From contig DATGKN010000161.1 in assembly GCA_035294645.1 (NCBI GenBank), forward strand, positions 102,428 to 166,427: a stretch of DNA of 64,000 nt, in the 5' to 3' direction. The notes under the pieces were generated by a model. That model was not told the origin of the DNA, ran no database searches, and saw nothing but the letters and a program-made list of their open reading frames with translations. A program made the translations under genes and the position numbers. Below are positions 28,894 to 39,774 of the stretch, piece by piece (within the stretch, counting starts at the first letter, position 1; every line of letters begins with the position of its first letter). Origin of the DNA: Chloroflexota bacterium (lineage in GTDB: Bacteria; Chloroflexota; UBA6077; JAJPHF01).

Positions 28894-29142
28894 ATGATGG
28901 ACGAGCGCGAGGCGAACCGTTGCTCCGCGAAGGTCGAGGAGGCCCCGCTGACCGCCGAGCTGCGGGCGCTGTACGAGCGCTGGCAGGCGGCCGCGACGCT
29001 GGAGGAGCGCCAGGTGGCCTGGGATCGGATCGTGGCCTACCTGCGCGCGCGCGAGGTCCGCGTGGGCAGCGCGGCAGAGGCGCGCCGCCAGCAGGCGCTC
29101 CAGGAACACGCACGGCGCGAGCGGCGCTGGTGGTTCCTCTAG
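28894..29142 (+). CDS. Hypothetical small protein
   Basis: ATG-ATG with a GGGGGAGG SD. Arg-rich C-terminus. Confidence 0.3.
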   Translation: MMDEREANRCSAKVEEAPLTAELRALYERWQAAATLEERQVAWDRIVAYLRAREVRVGSAAEARRQQALQEHARRERRWWFL

Positions 29143-29395
29143 CCACACTGTGAACGCCCGCCCTTGACCGCTCGTCCGTCCGCCTGGTACAAGGGAGCCA
29201 TGATGATGTGTCGTCCAACCGGCCTATGGCGCTGGTGGTGGCCGCCCACGGAGGCGGCTCGGGACGGCACGCCCTAGCGCGGAACGCCATCCTCCCACGG
29301 AGCCGCCTCTCACCGAGGCGGCTTCTCGTGTGTACACACCCCGCCGCCTCGGTCGATGCGACGCCTCTGGGGGGCCAAGACCAGAGGAGCGTGCT

Positions 29396-31564
29396 ATGCT
29401 CGGCCACGTGGACCAGTACACGACCGCCGGCGGGGTGGTCGTGCGGCGCACCGTCGAGGAGTTGCCGGTAGCGGGCGCTATCGACCCGCTCATCGCCGCG
29501 CTCGACAGCCAGCGCGGCGTGCTGCTCGCTTCCAGCTACGAGTACCCGGGCCGCTATACCCGCTGGGACCTGGGCTTCGTCAACCCACCGCTGTGCCTGA
29601 CCGCCCGCGATCGCCAGTTCACGCTGGCGGCGCTCAACGCGCGCGGCGCCGCGCTGCTGCCGGCGCTGGCCGCACACCTGGAGCGCGCGCCGGCCGTGAC
29701 CACGCTGGCCCTCGAGGCGAGCGCGCTTCGGGGCACCGTGGCCGCGCCCGAGCGCCCGTTCACCGAGGAGGAGCGCAGCCAGCAGCCGTCGATCTTCTCC
29801 GTGCTGCGCGCCCTGGTGGCCCTATTCCACAGCCCCGCAGACCCGCACCTAGGCCTCTACGGGGCGTTCGGTTACGATCTGGCGTTCCAGTTCGAGCCCA
29901 TCCGCCGGCGGCTGCCGCGGCCGGCCGACCAGCGCGACCTGGTGCTATACCTGCCGGATGAGCTGATCGTGGTCGACCACCGGCGCGAGCGGGCGATGCG
30001 CTGCCGCTACGAGTTCGCGCTGGCTGGCCGCAGCACCGAGGGCCTGTCCCGCACCGGCGCCAGCGAGCCGTTCGTGCCAGCCCCCACGGCCGCCGCGGGA
30101 GGCGACCATGCCCCGGGCGAGTACGCGGCGACAGTGCGCCGGGCGCGCGAGGCGTTCGCCCGTGGCGACCTGTTCGAGGTGGTGCCCAGCCAGACGTTCT
30201 TCGAGCCGTGCCCCGCGCCGCCCTCCGAGCTGTTCCGCCGCCTGCGGGAGCGCAACCCGGCGCCGTATGGGTTCCTGATCAACCTCGGCCAGCAGGAGTA
30301 CCTCATCGGCGCCTCGCCCGAGATGTACGTGCGCGTCGAAGGGACGCGGGTGGAGACGTGCCCCATCAGCGGCACCATCGCGCGCGGGCGCGATCCCATC
30401 GCCGACGCGGCCCAGATCCTCGCGCTGCTCAACTCCGAGAAAGATGCGGCCGAGCTGACCATGTGCACCGATGTGGACCGCAACGACAAGTCGCGCGTCT
30501 GTCGGCCCGGCAGCGTGCGGGTGATCGGCCGCCGCCAGATCGAGCTGTACTCGCGCCTCATCCACACGGTGGACCACGTGGAGGGGCACCTACGCGAGGG
30601 GTTCGACGCGCTCGACGCGTTTCTGGCCCACACCTGGGCGGTGACGGTGACAGGCGCGCCGAAAGCCTGGGCTATGCAGTTCATCGAGGACCACGAGCGC
30701 AGCCCGCGCGCCTGGTACGGCGGCGCCGTGGGGCTGGTGGGCTTCAACGGCAACCTGAACACCGGGCTCACGCTGCGCACCATCCGCGTGCGCGACGGCC
30801 GCGCCGAGGTGCGAGTAGGGGCAACCCTGCTGTACGACTCGGACCCCGACGCGGAGGACCGCGAGACGCGGCTGAAGGCGTCGGCGTTCCTCGACGTGCT
30901 GCGGCGCCCCAGCGCGGCGCCGGCCACCACCGCGCCCGTCGCGCAGCCCGGCGCCGGCCGGCGCATCCTGCTCGTCGACCACCAGGATTCGTTCGTGCAC
31001 ACCCTGGCCAACTACTTCCGCCAGACCGGGGCCGAGGTGGTCACCTTGCGCGCGGGCTTCGCTCCCACGGCATTCGACGCCCTGCGGCCGGACCTGGTGG
31101 TGCTGTCGCCCGGGCCCGGGACGCCCGCCGACTTCCGCATCGCCGACACGCTCGCCGCGGCTATAGCGCGCGGGCTGCCGGTGTTCGGCGTCTGCCTGGG
31201 GCTTCAAGGGCTGGTGGAGTACTGCGGCGGCAAGCTGGCCACGCTGCCGTACCCGATGCACGGCAAGGCGTCGCGTATCCGCGTATTGGGCGGACGGCTG
31301 TTCGTGGGACTGCCGCACGAGTTCCGCGCCGGGCGCTACCACTCGCTGTACGCGGTGCGCGAGACGCTGCCGCCGGAGCTGGCGGTGACCGCGGAGAGCG
31401 ACGACGGCGTGGTGATGGCGGTCGAGCACCGCACGCTGCCGCTGGCCGCGGTGCAGTTCCACCCCGAGTCGATCCTCACGCTGGAGGACGACTGCGGCCT
31501 GCGGCTGATCCACAACGTAGTGGCGCTGCTGGCCCGCCAGCCCGCGGCGGCGCCCGCCCGGTAG
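29396..31564 (+). CDS. trpE: Anthranilate synthase, fused component I/II (TrpE-TrpG fusion); ADIC/ADC synthase not excluded
   Basis: N-terminal chorismate-binding TrpE-like domain. C-terminal class-I glutamine amidotransferase with GVCLGLQ and HPES motifs. GAGGAG SD. Confidence 0.8.
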   Translation: MLGHVDQYTTAGGVVVRRTVEELPVAGAIDPLIAALDSQRGVLLASSYEYPGRYTRWDLGFVNPPLCLTARDRQFTLAALNARGAALLPALAAHLERAPAVTTLALEASALRGTVAAPERPFTEEERSQQPSIFSVLRALVALFHSPADPHLGLYGAFGYDLAFQFEPIRRRLPRPADQRDLVLYLPDELIVVDHRRERAMRCRYEFALAGRSTEGLSRTGASEPFVPAPTAAAGGDHAPGEYAATVRRAREAFARGDLFEVVPSQTFFEPCPAPPSELFRRLRERNPAPYGFLINLGQQEYLIGASPEMYVRVEGTRVETCPISGTIARGRDPIADAAQILALLNSEKDAAELTMCTDVDRNDKSRVCRPGSVRVIGRRQIELYSRLIHTVDHVEGHLREGFDALDAFLAHTWAVTVTGAPKAWAMQFIEDHERSPRAWYGGAVGLVGFNGNLNTGLTLRTIRVRDGRAEVRVGATLLYDSDPDAEDRETRLKASAFLDVLRRPSAAPATTAPVAQPGAGRRILLVDHQDSFVHTLANYFRQTGAEVVTLRAGFAPTAFDALRPDLVVLSPGPGTPADFRIADTLAAAIARGLPVFGVCLGLQGLVEYCGGKLATLPYPMHGKASRIRVLGGRLFVGLPHEFRAGRYHSLYAVRETLPPELAVTAESDDGVVMAVEHRTLPLAAVQFHPESILTLEDDCGLRLIHNVVALLARQPAAAPAR

Positions 31565-31573
31565 CCCTGGCGC

Positions 31574-32923
31574 TCAGCGCCCCACCGCGCCGGCGTAGAA
31601 GCGGTTGGCTACCTTGCCGGGGTTCAGGATGCCGTAAGGATCTGTCTGGGCCTTGAAGGCCAGCAGCTTCGGGAGGTCGCGTAGGTGGCCGCCCTCTTCG
31701 ACCACGTAGGTGTGCGGGTTCATCACGGTCACGCCGATCTGCTCGCAGTAGGCCATCACCGCGTCGACGAAGGCGGGCTCGGAGCGGGTCAGGAGCGGGA
31801 TGCCCATGGGACGCAGCGCTGGCCCCGAGCGATGGAACTCGACGTGGTGCAGAAAGCCGTCGCCAAACCGCTCTTTGATCTGCTGCAGCTGCGCGAAGAA
31901 CCGGGGCGCCGGGGCAAACTCGCACTGCAGCCATGTGTAGCTTGGGTCGTGGTGCTTGCCCCAGAGGATGGTGTGGCTGAAGGGAAACTGGGTGATGTCG
32001 GGCCGCTCGGGCCAGGACAGGTAGCGGCCGCCCGCGGCGGCCACCAGGGCCTGCGTTGCCCCCACCTGGCGCTCGTCGACCATCAGCAGCACAGCCGACT
32101 CGTGCGGCTGGAACAGGTGGTCCACCGCCTCGAAGAAGGTGGGGATCGGCGCCTCCTGCAGCGACACCAGCCGCTTGGCGATGGTGTCATCCAGCCCGAT
32201 GGTCCAGCCGAAGCGAGCCGCGGCCTCGAACTGGGGGAAAATGGCGACGCCCTGGGCCCAGGGGCGCGCGGGCACCAGGGGGAAGGTCACGGTGGCGATC
32301 ACGCCCGCCACGCCGTAGGTGTGCAGCAGGTTCTCCAGCTCGGGGTCGCGGACCGTCAGGGTGCGGGGCGGGTCCTCGGCGGTGTACAGCTCGCAGGCCA
32401 GCACGTTGCCGTCCCACAGCGAGCCGTAGGCGACCGAGCCGATGCCGCCCGAGCCGCCCGCCACGAAGCCGGCCGCGGTGGCGCGCCGGTAGGTGCTGGG
32501 CAGCACGCGGAACTCGCGCCCGTACTGGCGCGCCGCCTCTTCGGCCGCGCCCAGGATGATCCCCCCCTCGACGGTGATGCGGGTGGGTTCTAGGGCGACA
32601 ATGCGATTCAGCCGCCGGATATCCACCAGGATCCCGCCATGTAGCGGCAGCGACTGGCCGTAGTTGCCCGTTCCAGCTCCACGCAGCGTTAGGGGCACGC
32701 GCGCCCGCACCGCCAGAGCCACGATCTCGCGCAGCTCCGCCAGCGTGCCGGGCTGCACGATGGCGTCGCACGGCACATCGCTGAAGGCGTGGGTCAGCAG
32801 CGGGGAGTACCAGGAGAAGTCGCGCAGGAACTTCACCTGCGCCGCCGGGTCGAGAATCACGTGCTCGGCGCCCACCAGCGCGAGCAGCTCGCGGACGGGA
32901 ACCCGTTGGGTGCGCTCGGTCAT
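31574..32923 (-). CDS. FAD-linked oxidase (FAD_binding_4, GlcD-like)
   Basis: LTLRGAGTGNYGQS FAD-binding motif. Confidence 0.75.
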   Translation of the reverse strand: MTERTQRVPVRELLALVGAEHVILDPAAQVKFLRDFSWYSPLLTHAFSDVPCDAIVQPGTLAELREIVALAVRARVPLTLRGAGTGNYGQSLPLHGGILVDIRRLNRIVALEPTRITVEGGIILGAAEEAARQYGREFRVLPSTYRRATAAGFVAGGSGGIGSVAYGSLWDGNVLACELYTAEDPPRTLTVRDPELENLLHTYGVAGVIATVTFPLVPARPWAQGVAIFPQFEAAARFGWTIGLDDTIAKRLVSLQEAPIPTFFEAVDHLFQPHESAVLLMVDERQVGATQALVAAAGGRYLSWPERPDITQFPFSHTILWGKHHDPSYTWLQCEFAPAPRFFAQLQQIKERFGDGFLHHVEFHRSGPALRPMGIPLLTRSEPAFVDAVMAYCEQIGVTVMNPHTYVVEEGGHLRDLPKLLAFKAQTDPYGILNPGKVANRFYAGAVGR

Positions 32924-32956
32924 GAGCCAGTACCTCCGCTCGGGGCTGGGCGCGGC

Positions 32957-33907
32957 TCAGTACGCCGCGCGGTGAGTGGCTTTCAGGCGCGCCAGAAGAT
33001 GGTCACCCGCGCGCACCGGTGGATACCGTGGCGGGCGCGTCGCGCTCTGGCAAGTCGGTAGGGGCGCCACCACGGTGTCGGCGCTGGGGGAGTGGAACAG
33101 CACCACCGAGTAGCGCGCCCGCGCGGCGGCCGGCCCGGAGGGCACGGCCACGCGGTGGGGGGACGAGCGAAACCGCCCGTTGGTCCAGCGCTCCAGGAGG
33201 TCCCCAGTGTTCACGATCGCCGCCTCGGGCCGCGGCGGCACCGGCAGCCACGTCCCGTCCGCCAACTGGATCTCCAGGCCGCCCGCGGCGTCGTTGAACA
33301 GCAGGGTCAGCGCGCCGAAGTCGGTGTGGGCCCCCGCGCGCAACTGGCCCGGTGGGGGCGCTCCTGCTAACGGGGGGTAGTGCAGCAAGCGCACGGTGCT
33401 CAGCGGCCGGGCGAAATGGGGCGCGAAATAGGCGGCTGGCAGGCCCAGCGCGCGGGCCATGGCGGCCAGTAGCCGATCACCGGCGGCCCGCGCTGCATCG
33501 TAGAAGGCCAGCACCGCCGCGCGCAGCGCCGGTAGCTCGGGCGGCCAGCGATTGGGCGGCGCATCAGGATGCTCGGGGCCGGCCTGGAAGATCTCCTTGA
33601 GGTCCCATAGGCGCGTCGTGTCGAGCGCCTGGGAGGTCAAGCCGCCGTAACCGCGATTGGTGGCCGCGCTCTGCCAGCGCACGGCTTCCTTGGCCGCCGG
33701 CGGCAGCGCGAAGAAGGTGCGGGCCGCGGCGAACACGCCCTGCAGCACCTCGACCGGAACACCGTGGTGCCGCAGGTAGAAGAACCCGTGCTGTTCCAGC
33801 GCCTCGCCCAGCGCGGTGCACGCTGGCGTCTCCCCCCGCGCGCAGGCGCCTAGATCGATGACCGGAATGGGCGGCTGACGCGTCGCTACCCGCTCGTCCG
33901 TTGGCAT
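32957..33907 (-). CDS. 2-oxoglutarate/Fe(II)-dependent oxygenase (IPNS-like)
   Basis: DIOX_N-like N-terminus (IPVIDLG). HxD...H triad region GAHTDFGALTLL...SSPHRV. GAGGAGGG SD. Confidence 0.75.
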   Translation of the reverse strand: MPTDERVATRQPPIPVIDLGACARGETPACTALGEALEQHGFFYLRHHGVPVEVLQGVFAAARTFFALPPAAKEAVRWQSAATNRGYGGLTSQALDTTRLWDLKEIFQAGPEHPDAPPNRWPPELPALRAAVLAFYDAARAAGDRLLAAMARALGLPAAYFAPHFARPLSTVRLLHYPPLAGAPPPGQLRAGAHTDFGALTLLFNDAAGGLEIQLADGTWLPVPPRPEAAIVNTGDLLERWTNGRFRSSPHRVAVPSGPAAARARYSVVLFHSPSADTVVAPLPTCQSATRPPRYPPVRAGDHLLARLKATHRAAY

Positions 33908-34192
33908 CGGGCCCTCCTCGCCGCGCGACCCACGCGGCACATTGGCGTCAGCTCACGGCCGTCGCCAAGCCGACATAGCCAGTATGGCGCCTGGGAGCCG
34001 CCCCGTCGCTGGGCGTGGCGCCCAGAGCCCACCCGCAGCGAATCGTGCGCGCGGTACATGGTCCAGCGCGGGCACGGTCCCTACGCTGGACAGCGAGACG
34101 CGGGGGTACGGGCGCCGGTTGCGCGCCCGCGACGGCCCGCGCCTGTCGCGACGCACGCTGCGCCCCAGCGTGCCACAAAGGGGGATGATACG

Positions 34193-35287
34193 GTGAACGC
34201 CCGTCTAGCTCGTGTCGCGTGCGCGCTGCTGAGCGTCCTGCTCGCGGGCTGCACGGCCCGCGCCGCCCCGGCGAGCGACCGGCCGGCCGCGGTCGCCCCG
34301 CTGTCGCCGAGCACCCCACCGGCGAGCCCGGCGGCCGGCGGGCTGGCGCTGACCAAGCTCAGCTACGGCCACGACTGGTTGATCCAGGGCCACGCCGCGC
34401 CCGTGTTCGTGGCGCAAGACAAGGGCTACTTCGCCGAGGCGGGCCTAGAGGTGACGATCGGCCGCGGCTACGGCTCGGCCGACGCGGCCAAGCGCGCGGC
34501 AAGCGGGCAGACCGACATCGTGCTCGGCGATACCGCGACCGCGATGCTGCTGCGCGCCAACGAGGGAGCGTCGATTAAAGCGATCGCGCCCCACTACGAC
34601 GTCGCCCCGCTGGCGATCGTGGCCGGCGAGGAGGCCCATGTGCGGAGCCCCAAGGACTTGGAGGGCAAGACGATCGCGGATGTGGCGGGCTCCTCGCCAC
34701 GCCTGCTGTTCCCGGCTTTCGCCGCGCTGGCTGGCTTCGACGCCAGCAAGGTCGCCTGGCAGACCGTCGACCCGGCCGTGCGCGATACCCACCTAGCGGC
34801 GGGCCAGGTGTCGCTCGTGGGCGGGTTCTTGTCCAACGTGCCGCTGATCGAGGCCATGGCCCGCCAACAGGGCAGCGATCGCCCCTTCACGGTGCTGCGC
34901 TATGCCGACTATGGCTTCGAGATGTACGGCAACAGCTACCTCGCGGCCGACCGGCTGATCGCCGAACGCCCCCAGGTGCTGAGCGCGTTCGTGGCGGCGC
35001 TCGCCAAGGGCATCCGCGATACCTATCGCGACCCCGCCGGGGCGGTGGAGATCCTCCGCAAGAGCCATCCCGAACTGGATCCCGAGACGAGCATCCGTCA
35101 GATCGAGATCGCCCGCGATACCATCATCACCGACCACACCCGCAGCCAGGGCCTGGCCGTATTCGACGAAGCGCGGATGCAGAAGACCAAAGAGCTCGCG
35201 CAGCAGTACCTAGGCCTGCAGCGCGACCTGCCGCTCGCCGAGTTCTACACCGCCCAGTTCCAGCCGGCGCCGCCCGTATTGCCGTAG
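34193..35287 (+). CDS. NMT1/SsuA-like ABC-type solute-binding lipoprotein
   Basis: GTG start with an AGGGGGA SD. Lipobox LLAGCT. SsuA-family body. Confidence 0.75.
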   Translation: MNARLARVACALLSVLLAGCTARAAPASDRPAAVAPLSPSTPPASPAAGGLALTKLSYGHDWLIQGHAAPVFVAQDKGYFAEAGLEVTIGRGYGSADAAKRAASGQTDIVLGDTATAMLLRANEGASIKAIAPHYDVAPLAIVAGEEAHVRSPKDLEGKTIADVAGSSPRLLFPAFAALAGFDASKVAWQTVDPAVRDTHLAAGQVSLVGGFLSNVPLIEAMARQQGSDRPFTVLRYADYGFEMYGNSYLAADRLIAERPQVLSAFVAALAKGIRDTYRDPAGAVEILRKSHPELDPETSIRQIEIARDTIITDHTRSQGLAVFDEARMQKTKELAQQYLGLQRDLPLAEFYTAQFQPAPPVLP

Positions 35288-35290
35288 CTG

Positions 35291-35893
35291 TCAGGTGGCA
35301 GCGGGCACGAGCCAGCGCGTTCGTGGCGGCGGCTCCCAGGCGCGCAGGCGCACCAGCAGCCGGTCGAGGTCGGCGTCGACCAGTAGCAGGGCGCGGTCGG
35401 CAGGGGTGAGGAATCCCCGTTGTTGGAGGTGCTCCACGAGGGCGAGCAGTGGCTGCCAGTAGCCCGCCACATCGAGCACACCGCACGGCTTGCGATGGAC
35501 GCCGAGCTGGGCCCAGCTCCAGACCTCGAACAGCTCTTCTAGTGTGCCGAGTCCGCCTGGGAGCACGAGGAAAGCGTCGGCGAGCTCGCTCATCCGCGCC
35601 TTGCGCTCGTGCATGGTGGCCACCACGTGCAGCGCGGTGAGGCCCTGGTGCGCCAGCTCGCGGGCGGCGAGCGCGTGGGGGATGACACCGATCACCTCGC
35701 CGCCCGCAGCCAGGGCCGCGTCAGCCAGGGCGCCCATCAGCCCCACGCGCCCACCGCCGTATACGATGCCGAGCCCGGCGCGGGCCAGCCGCTCGCCCAC
35801 TGCCCGCGCCGTGGCCAGATAGCGCGGGTCGTGCCCGGGACTCGACCCACAGAACACGCAGAGGCGTCGGATCACCGTGGTGTTGTCGCGCAT
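35291..35893 (-). CDS. LOG-family protein (cytokinin riboside 5'-monophosphate phosphoribohydrolase / TIGR00730)
   Basis: GGGxGLMG and PGGxGTxEE signature motifs (VYGGGRVGLMGA, LPGGLGTLEELFE). Confidence 0.75.
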   Translation of the reverse strand: MRDNTTVIRRLCVFCGSSPGHDPRYLATARAVGERLARAGLGIVYGGGRVGLMGALADAALAAGGEVIGVIPHALAARELAHQGLTALHVVATMHERKARMSELADAFLVLPGGLGTLEELFEVWSWAQLGVHRKPCGVLDVAGYWQPLLALVEHLQQRGFLTPADRALLLVDADLDRLLVRLRAWEPPPRTRWLVPAAT

Positions 35894-36160
35894 CATCGAA
35901 GAAGTCGGCGCAGACTCGCAGCCCGCGCTTCCGTGCCAGGCGCCAAGGGGCCCCACGCGGTCGCGAAGCGCGCCAGCAGCGGGGACAACGTGCGAGTATA
36001 CCGCACCCATGGTCCAGAGGCACCCGACGCAACCGCGAGCCATCGTCCACGCTGCCCGGACGGCAGAGTACAAGGCTGCCCACGCGGCGGCCGGTGGGGA
36101 GCCGAGGCAGGGGCCCAGCCGCGCGCGCCCGGGCCCGACGCGGACCGGAGCAGCCGCGGG

Positions 36161-37312
36161 CTAGCGCGGTTGGGGCGTCAGGGCGGGCACCTCGATGGGC
36201 AGGCCGTAGAACCGCGCCGGGTTGTAGGTCAAGATCTTCTCTTTCTGCGCCGGGGTGAGGTCGGCACGCTCCTGGATCTCCTCCAGGTGGTTGTCGCGCG
36301 CCTCGGCGTGCGGCATGTCGGCCGAGGCCATCACCCGGTCTTCGCCCAGCACTTCCAGGGTGCGCGGGACTCCTGGCTCGTCCCCCTCGACACTGAGGTA
36401 GATCTGGGCGTCGCGCAGGTACTCGCTGGGGGGCCGCTTCGACACGGGCCGGCCGAACTTGTGGTAGACCACCCAGTGGTAGCGATCCAGCCGGTCGAGC
36501 ATATACGGCAGCCAATCGCCGCCCGCCTCGAGGAAGGCCACCTTTAGGCCGGGATGGCGGTCGAGCACGCCGCCGCCGGTGATAGCGAAGAACCCCATGA
36601 ACACGGGCAGCGTGAAGCTGAGCCCGAACGCCGCGTACGAGTCGTGGCAGCTACTGGTCAGCCCCGGGTGGCTCCAGCCGACGTGGACGCATAGCGGCAA
36701 GTCCTGCCGCTCCAGCTCCTCCCACACGGGGTCGAACGCCTCGTGGTCGAGCAGCCGGTCGCCGGCCGTGCCCATCGAGTAGACGCCCACGGCGCCCAGC
36801 TTCTTGGCCCGTCGTGCCTCGGCCACCGCGTCCTCCGGGCTCCGCAGCGGCAGCAGCGCGGCCCACTTCAGCCGGGTGGGGGCGTGGCTGCACCGCTCCG
36901 CTAGCCAGGTGTTGTAGCTGCGCATCAGCGCCGCCTCGTAGCGCGGATCGTCGGTGACGTGCGTCAGGAACAGGGTAGGGAACAGGACCGACACGTCGAT
37001 CCCGACGCGATCCATATCGGCGAGGCGGGTCTCGACACGCTCCAACGTCTGGGAGGGGATGCTGAACGGCTTCTCGCGCGCCAGGGTCGAGCTCGTGGGG
37101 GTGCCGAAGAACATGGCGCCGCCATAGCTCGCCGGGCGGGGGAAGTAGCGCCCATCGATCAGCCAGTAGGAGTCCTGCGGCGAGTTCTTCGGGATACCGT
37201 GGAGGTCGGCGTGGAGCGGCCGCCGGTCGAAGTAGCGCGGGTCGAGATGCGCGAAGGTCGCCTCGCACTCCTCGACGTGCGAGTCGCAGTCGATGATCGG
37301 TAGCTTCGCCAT
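36161..37312 (-). CDS. Amidohydrolase-2 family metal-dependent hydrolase/decarboxylase (ACMSD-like)
   Basis: N-terminal IIDCDSHV metal-binding motif and TIM-barrel amidohydrolase pattern. Confidence 0.7.
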   Translation of the reverse strand: MAKLPIIDCDSHVEECEATFAHLDPRYFDRRPLHADLHGIPKNSPQDSYWLIDGRYFPRPASYGGAMFFGTPTSSTLAREKPFSIPSQTLERVETRLADMDRVGIDVSVLFPTLFLTHVTDDPRYEAALMRSYNTWLAERCSHAPTRLKWAALLPLRSPEDAVAEARRAKKLGAVGVYSMGTAGDRLLDHEAFDPVWEELERQDLPLCVHVGWSHPGLTSSCHDSYAAFGLSFTLPVFMGFFAITGGGVLDRHPGLKVAFLEAGGDWLPYMLDRLDRYHWVVYHKFGRPVSKRPPSEYLRDAQIYLSVEGDEPGVPRTLEVLGEDRVMASADMPHAEARDNHLEEIQERADLTPAQKEKILTYNPARFYGLPIEVPALTPQPR

Positions 37313-37572
37313 CGGAACCTCCTTGGGCGCGCGCCACATCGCACGTTGTGCTTCGGTATCGCGGGGCTGGCAGCTGTCACCCCCTCTCTCCGCACAGCAG
37401 GCTCGGAGCCGAAGCGCGAGCTGTAGGCGCTAGTGTACCAGGCCGGCGCCCGCGGATAACAAGCATGTTGTCGGCCCCCCCGTCTGCCGACCGCTTGAAG
37501 CCCCCTAGCGGCGCGAGTACATTAAAGGACTGCCTGCTCTTGGGGGCGCGCCAACGGAGGGAGGGGACGATC

Positions 37573-38904
37573 ATGGCCGAAACGCACGCACAGCCCGTAG
37601 TGGGAATGCCACCGATGACAGTGGGGCGCCGGCAAGCGCTGCTCGCGGGCCTCGCCTCGCTGCTGGGCTGGTCGTTCGATCTATTCGATCTGTTCTTGAT
37701 CCTGTATGTCGCGCCGACGATCGGCCCCCTGTTTTTCCCCTCGGATATCCCTACGCTCCAGCTCGCGGCCGTATACGCGTCGTTCGCGGTGACGCTGGTC
37801 ATGCGCCCGGTCGGTTCGGCGCTGTTCGGGCCGTATGCGGACCGACACGGACGCAAACAGGCCATGGTCATCGCGGTGTTCGGGGTCGGAGTGGCGACCG
37901 CGCTGCTGGGCGTACTGCCCACGATTGCCCAAGCGGGGCTGGTGGCCCCGATCCTGTTCTTGGCCCTGCGACTCATTCAGGGCGTGTTCGTGGGCGGTGT
38001 GGTCGCCTCCACCCACACGCTGAGCACCGAGACGGTGCCACCGCACTGGCGCGGCCTGATGTCGGGCCTGATCGGCGGCGGGGGCGCCGGCATCGGCGCC
38101 CTACTCGCCTCGCTGGTCTTCTATGTCGTCTCGACTATCTTCCCAGGGCCCGCTTTCGCCGTCTGGGGCTGGCGCATCGTCTTCCTCACCGGTATCCTCG
38201 GCTCGCTGCTGAGCTTCTTCGTCTTCCGCAGCGTGGAGGAGTCGCCGTTCTGGGTCGAGCTGGAGCGTAAGCGCCAGCGGGGCGCCCGGCCGCCGCTCAA
38301 GGAGGTCTTCTCACCCACGTACCGGTCCGTGCTGCTGCTGAACCTGCTGATCGTGGCCGGGGCGGGGACGCAGTACTACCTGACCTCCGGCTACCTCCCC
38401 ACTTTCCTGAATGTCGTCAACAAGCTCCCGGGCACCGAGTCCGGCCCCATCTTGATCGCGGGCAGCCTGGTGGTGATCCTCTCGACGGCGCTGTTCGGCG
38501 CCATCAGCGAGTGGGTCGGCCGCAAGCGCACGATGCTCGCTACGGGGCTCGTCAACCTGTTCGTCATTCCCTGGGCGTACCTCCAGCTGCGCGACCTCCA
38601 CGAGGATGCGCTCGGGGCGATCGTCTTCTACGCGCTCGTGTTATCGTTCTTCGGCAACGCGGCGTACGCCCCGGTACTGATTTTCTTGAACGAGCGCTTC
38701 CCAACAGCGATCCGAGCGAGCGGCACGGCGCTGTCCTGGAATATCGGCTTCGCGATCGGGGGGATCATGCCGACGTTCGCTACCGGGTTGGCCGGCCAGG
38801 TGGCGGCGCTCCCCGTCAGTCTCGTGCTGTTCCTGATCGCGGCGATCCTGGTCTATCTCGTCGGCAATGCGATCTCGCCCGAGACACGTGGCCGCTTCGT
38901 GTAG
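37573..38904 (+). CDS. MFS transporter (metabolite:H+ symporter-like)
   Basis: 12-TM MFS. ATG with a GGGAGGGGA SD at 37573. Confidence 0.75.
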   Translation: MAETHAQPVVGMPPMTVGRRQALLAGLASLLGWSFDLFDLFLILYVAPTIGPLFFPSDIPTLQLAAVYASFAVTLVMRPVGSALFGPYADRHGRKQAMVIAVFGVGVATALLGVLPTIAQAGLVAPILFLALRLIQGVFVGGVVASTHTLSTETVPPHWRGLMSGLIGGGGAGIGALLASLVFYVVSTIFPGPAFAVWGWRIVFLTGILGSLLSFFVFRSVEESPFWVELERKRQRGARPPLKEVFSPTYRSVLLLNLLIVAGAGTQYYLTSGYLPTFLNVVNKLPGTESGPILIAGSLVVILSTALFGAISEWVGRKRTMLATGLVNLFVIPWAYLQLRDLHEDALGAIVFYALVLSFFGNAAYAPVLIFLNERFPTAIRASGTALSWNIGFAIGGIMPTFATGLAGQVAALPVSLVLFLIAAILVYLVGNAISPETRGRFV

Positions 38905-38922
38905 CCAGCCAGGAGGTGCAGG

Positions 38923-39681
38923 ATGACTCTCGCGGGCCGAACGGCCATCATCACTGGCGGGGCGCGGGGCATCGGCGCGAGCTACGCGCGGGCATTCGCC
39001 GCAGAGGGCGCCAACGTGGTCATCGCGGATCTGCTCGACGAGCCGGGCGCCGCGCTGGCACACGCCCTCCAGACGGCCGGCGCCTCGGCCCTGTTCGTGC
39101 ACACCGACGTGACCAGCGACGCGAGTACCGAACAGCTCGCCGCCCGCACGGCGGAAGCGTTCGGCGGCATCGATATCCTGGTGAACAACGCGGCGCTGTA
39201 TATGGCCCTGGGGCAGAAGAAGCCGTTCGAGACACTGACCGTCGAGGACTGGGACCGCGTGCTGGCGGTCAATGTGCGCGGCGTCTGGCACTGCGTCAAG
39301 GCCGTGGTGCCTTATATGAAACAGCGCGGCGGCGGCAAGATCATCAATATCGCCTCGGTCGTCGCCCTTAGCGGCACGCCCGGCTTCGCCCACTACGTGG
39401 CCTCGAAAGCGGCGGTGATCGGCCTGACTCGCGCCTTGGCCCGCGAGCTGGGCGACTATCGCATCACGGTCAACGCCGTCGCGCCGGGGCTGGTCGCCAA
39501 CGAGGCGTCGCGGCAGCTCAACGCCGAGCCGTACTTGGCGCAGGCGGCCAGCGTCCGAGCCCTCCGGCGGCCGATGGAGCCGGACGATCTCCTCGGCACG
39601 GTCCTGTACCTCGCCTCGCCAGCCAGCGACTTCGTGACAGGCCAGACCATCGTCGTCGACGGCGGCGCGATCCTGCACTAA
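38923..39681 (+). CDS. SDR-family oxidoreductase
   Basis: TGGARGIG Rossmann motif and YxxxK catalytic pair. Confidence 0.85.
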   Translation: MTLAGRTAIITGGARGIGASYARAFAAEGANVVIADLLDEPGAALAHALQTAGASALFVHTDVTSDASTEQLAARTAEAFGGIDILVNNAALYMALGQKKPFETLTVEDWDRVLAVNVRGVWHCVKAVVPYMKQRGGGKIINIASVVALSGTPGFAHYVASKAAVIGLTRALARELGDYRITVNAVAPGLVANEASRQLNAEPYLAQAASVRALRRPMEPDDLLGTVLYLASPASDFVTGQTIVVDGGAILH

Positions 39682-39774
39682 CCGCCTGGCCGGGCGAGAC
39701 GCGCGGCGAGAAGATGAGGGCGACTGGGCCGTGCGTTGCCCAGCCGCCCGCTGTAGGGGAGGCAGGAGGGGCTG

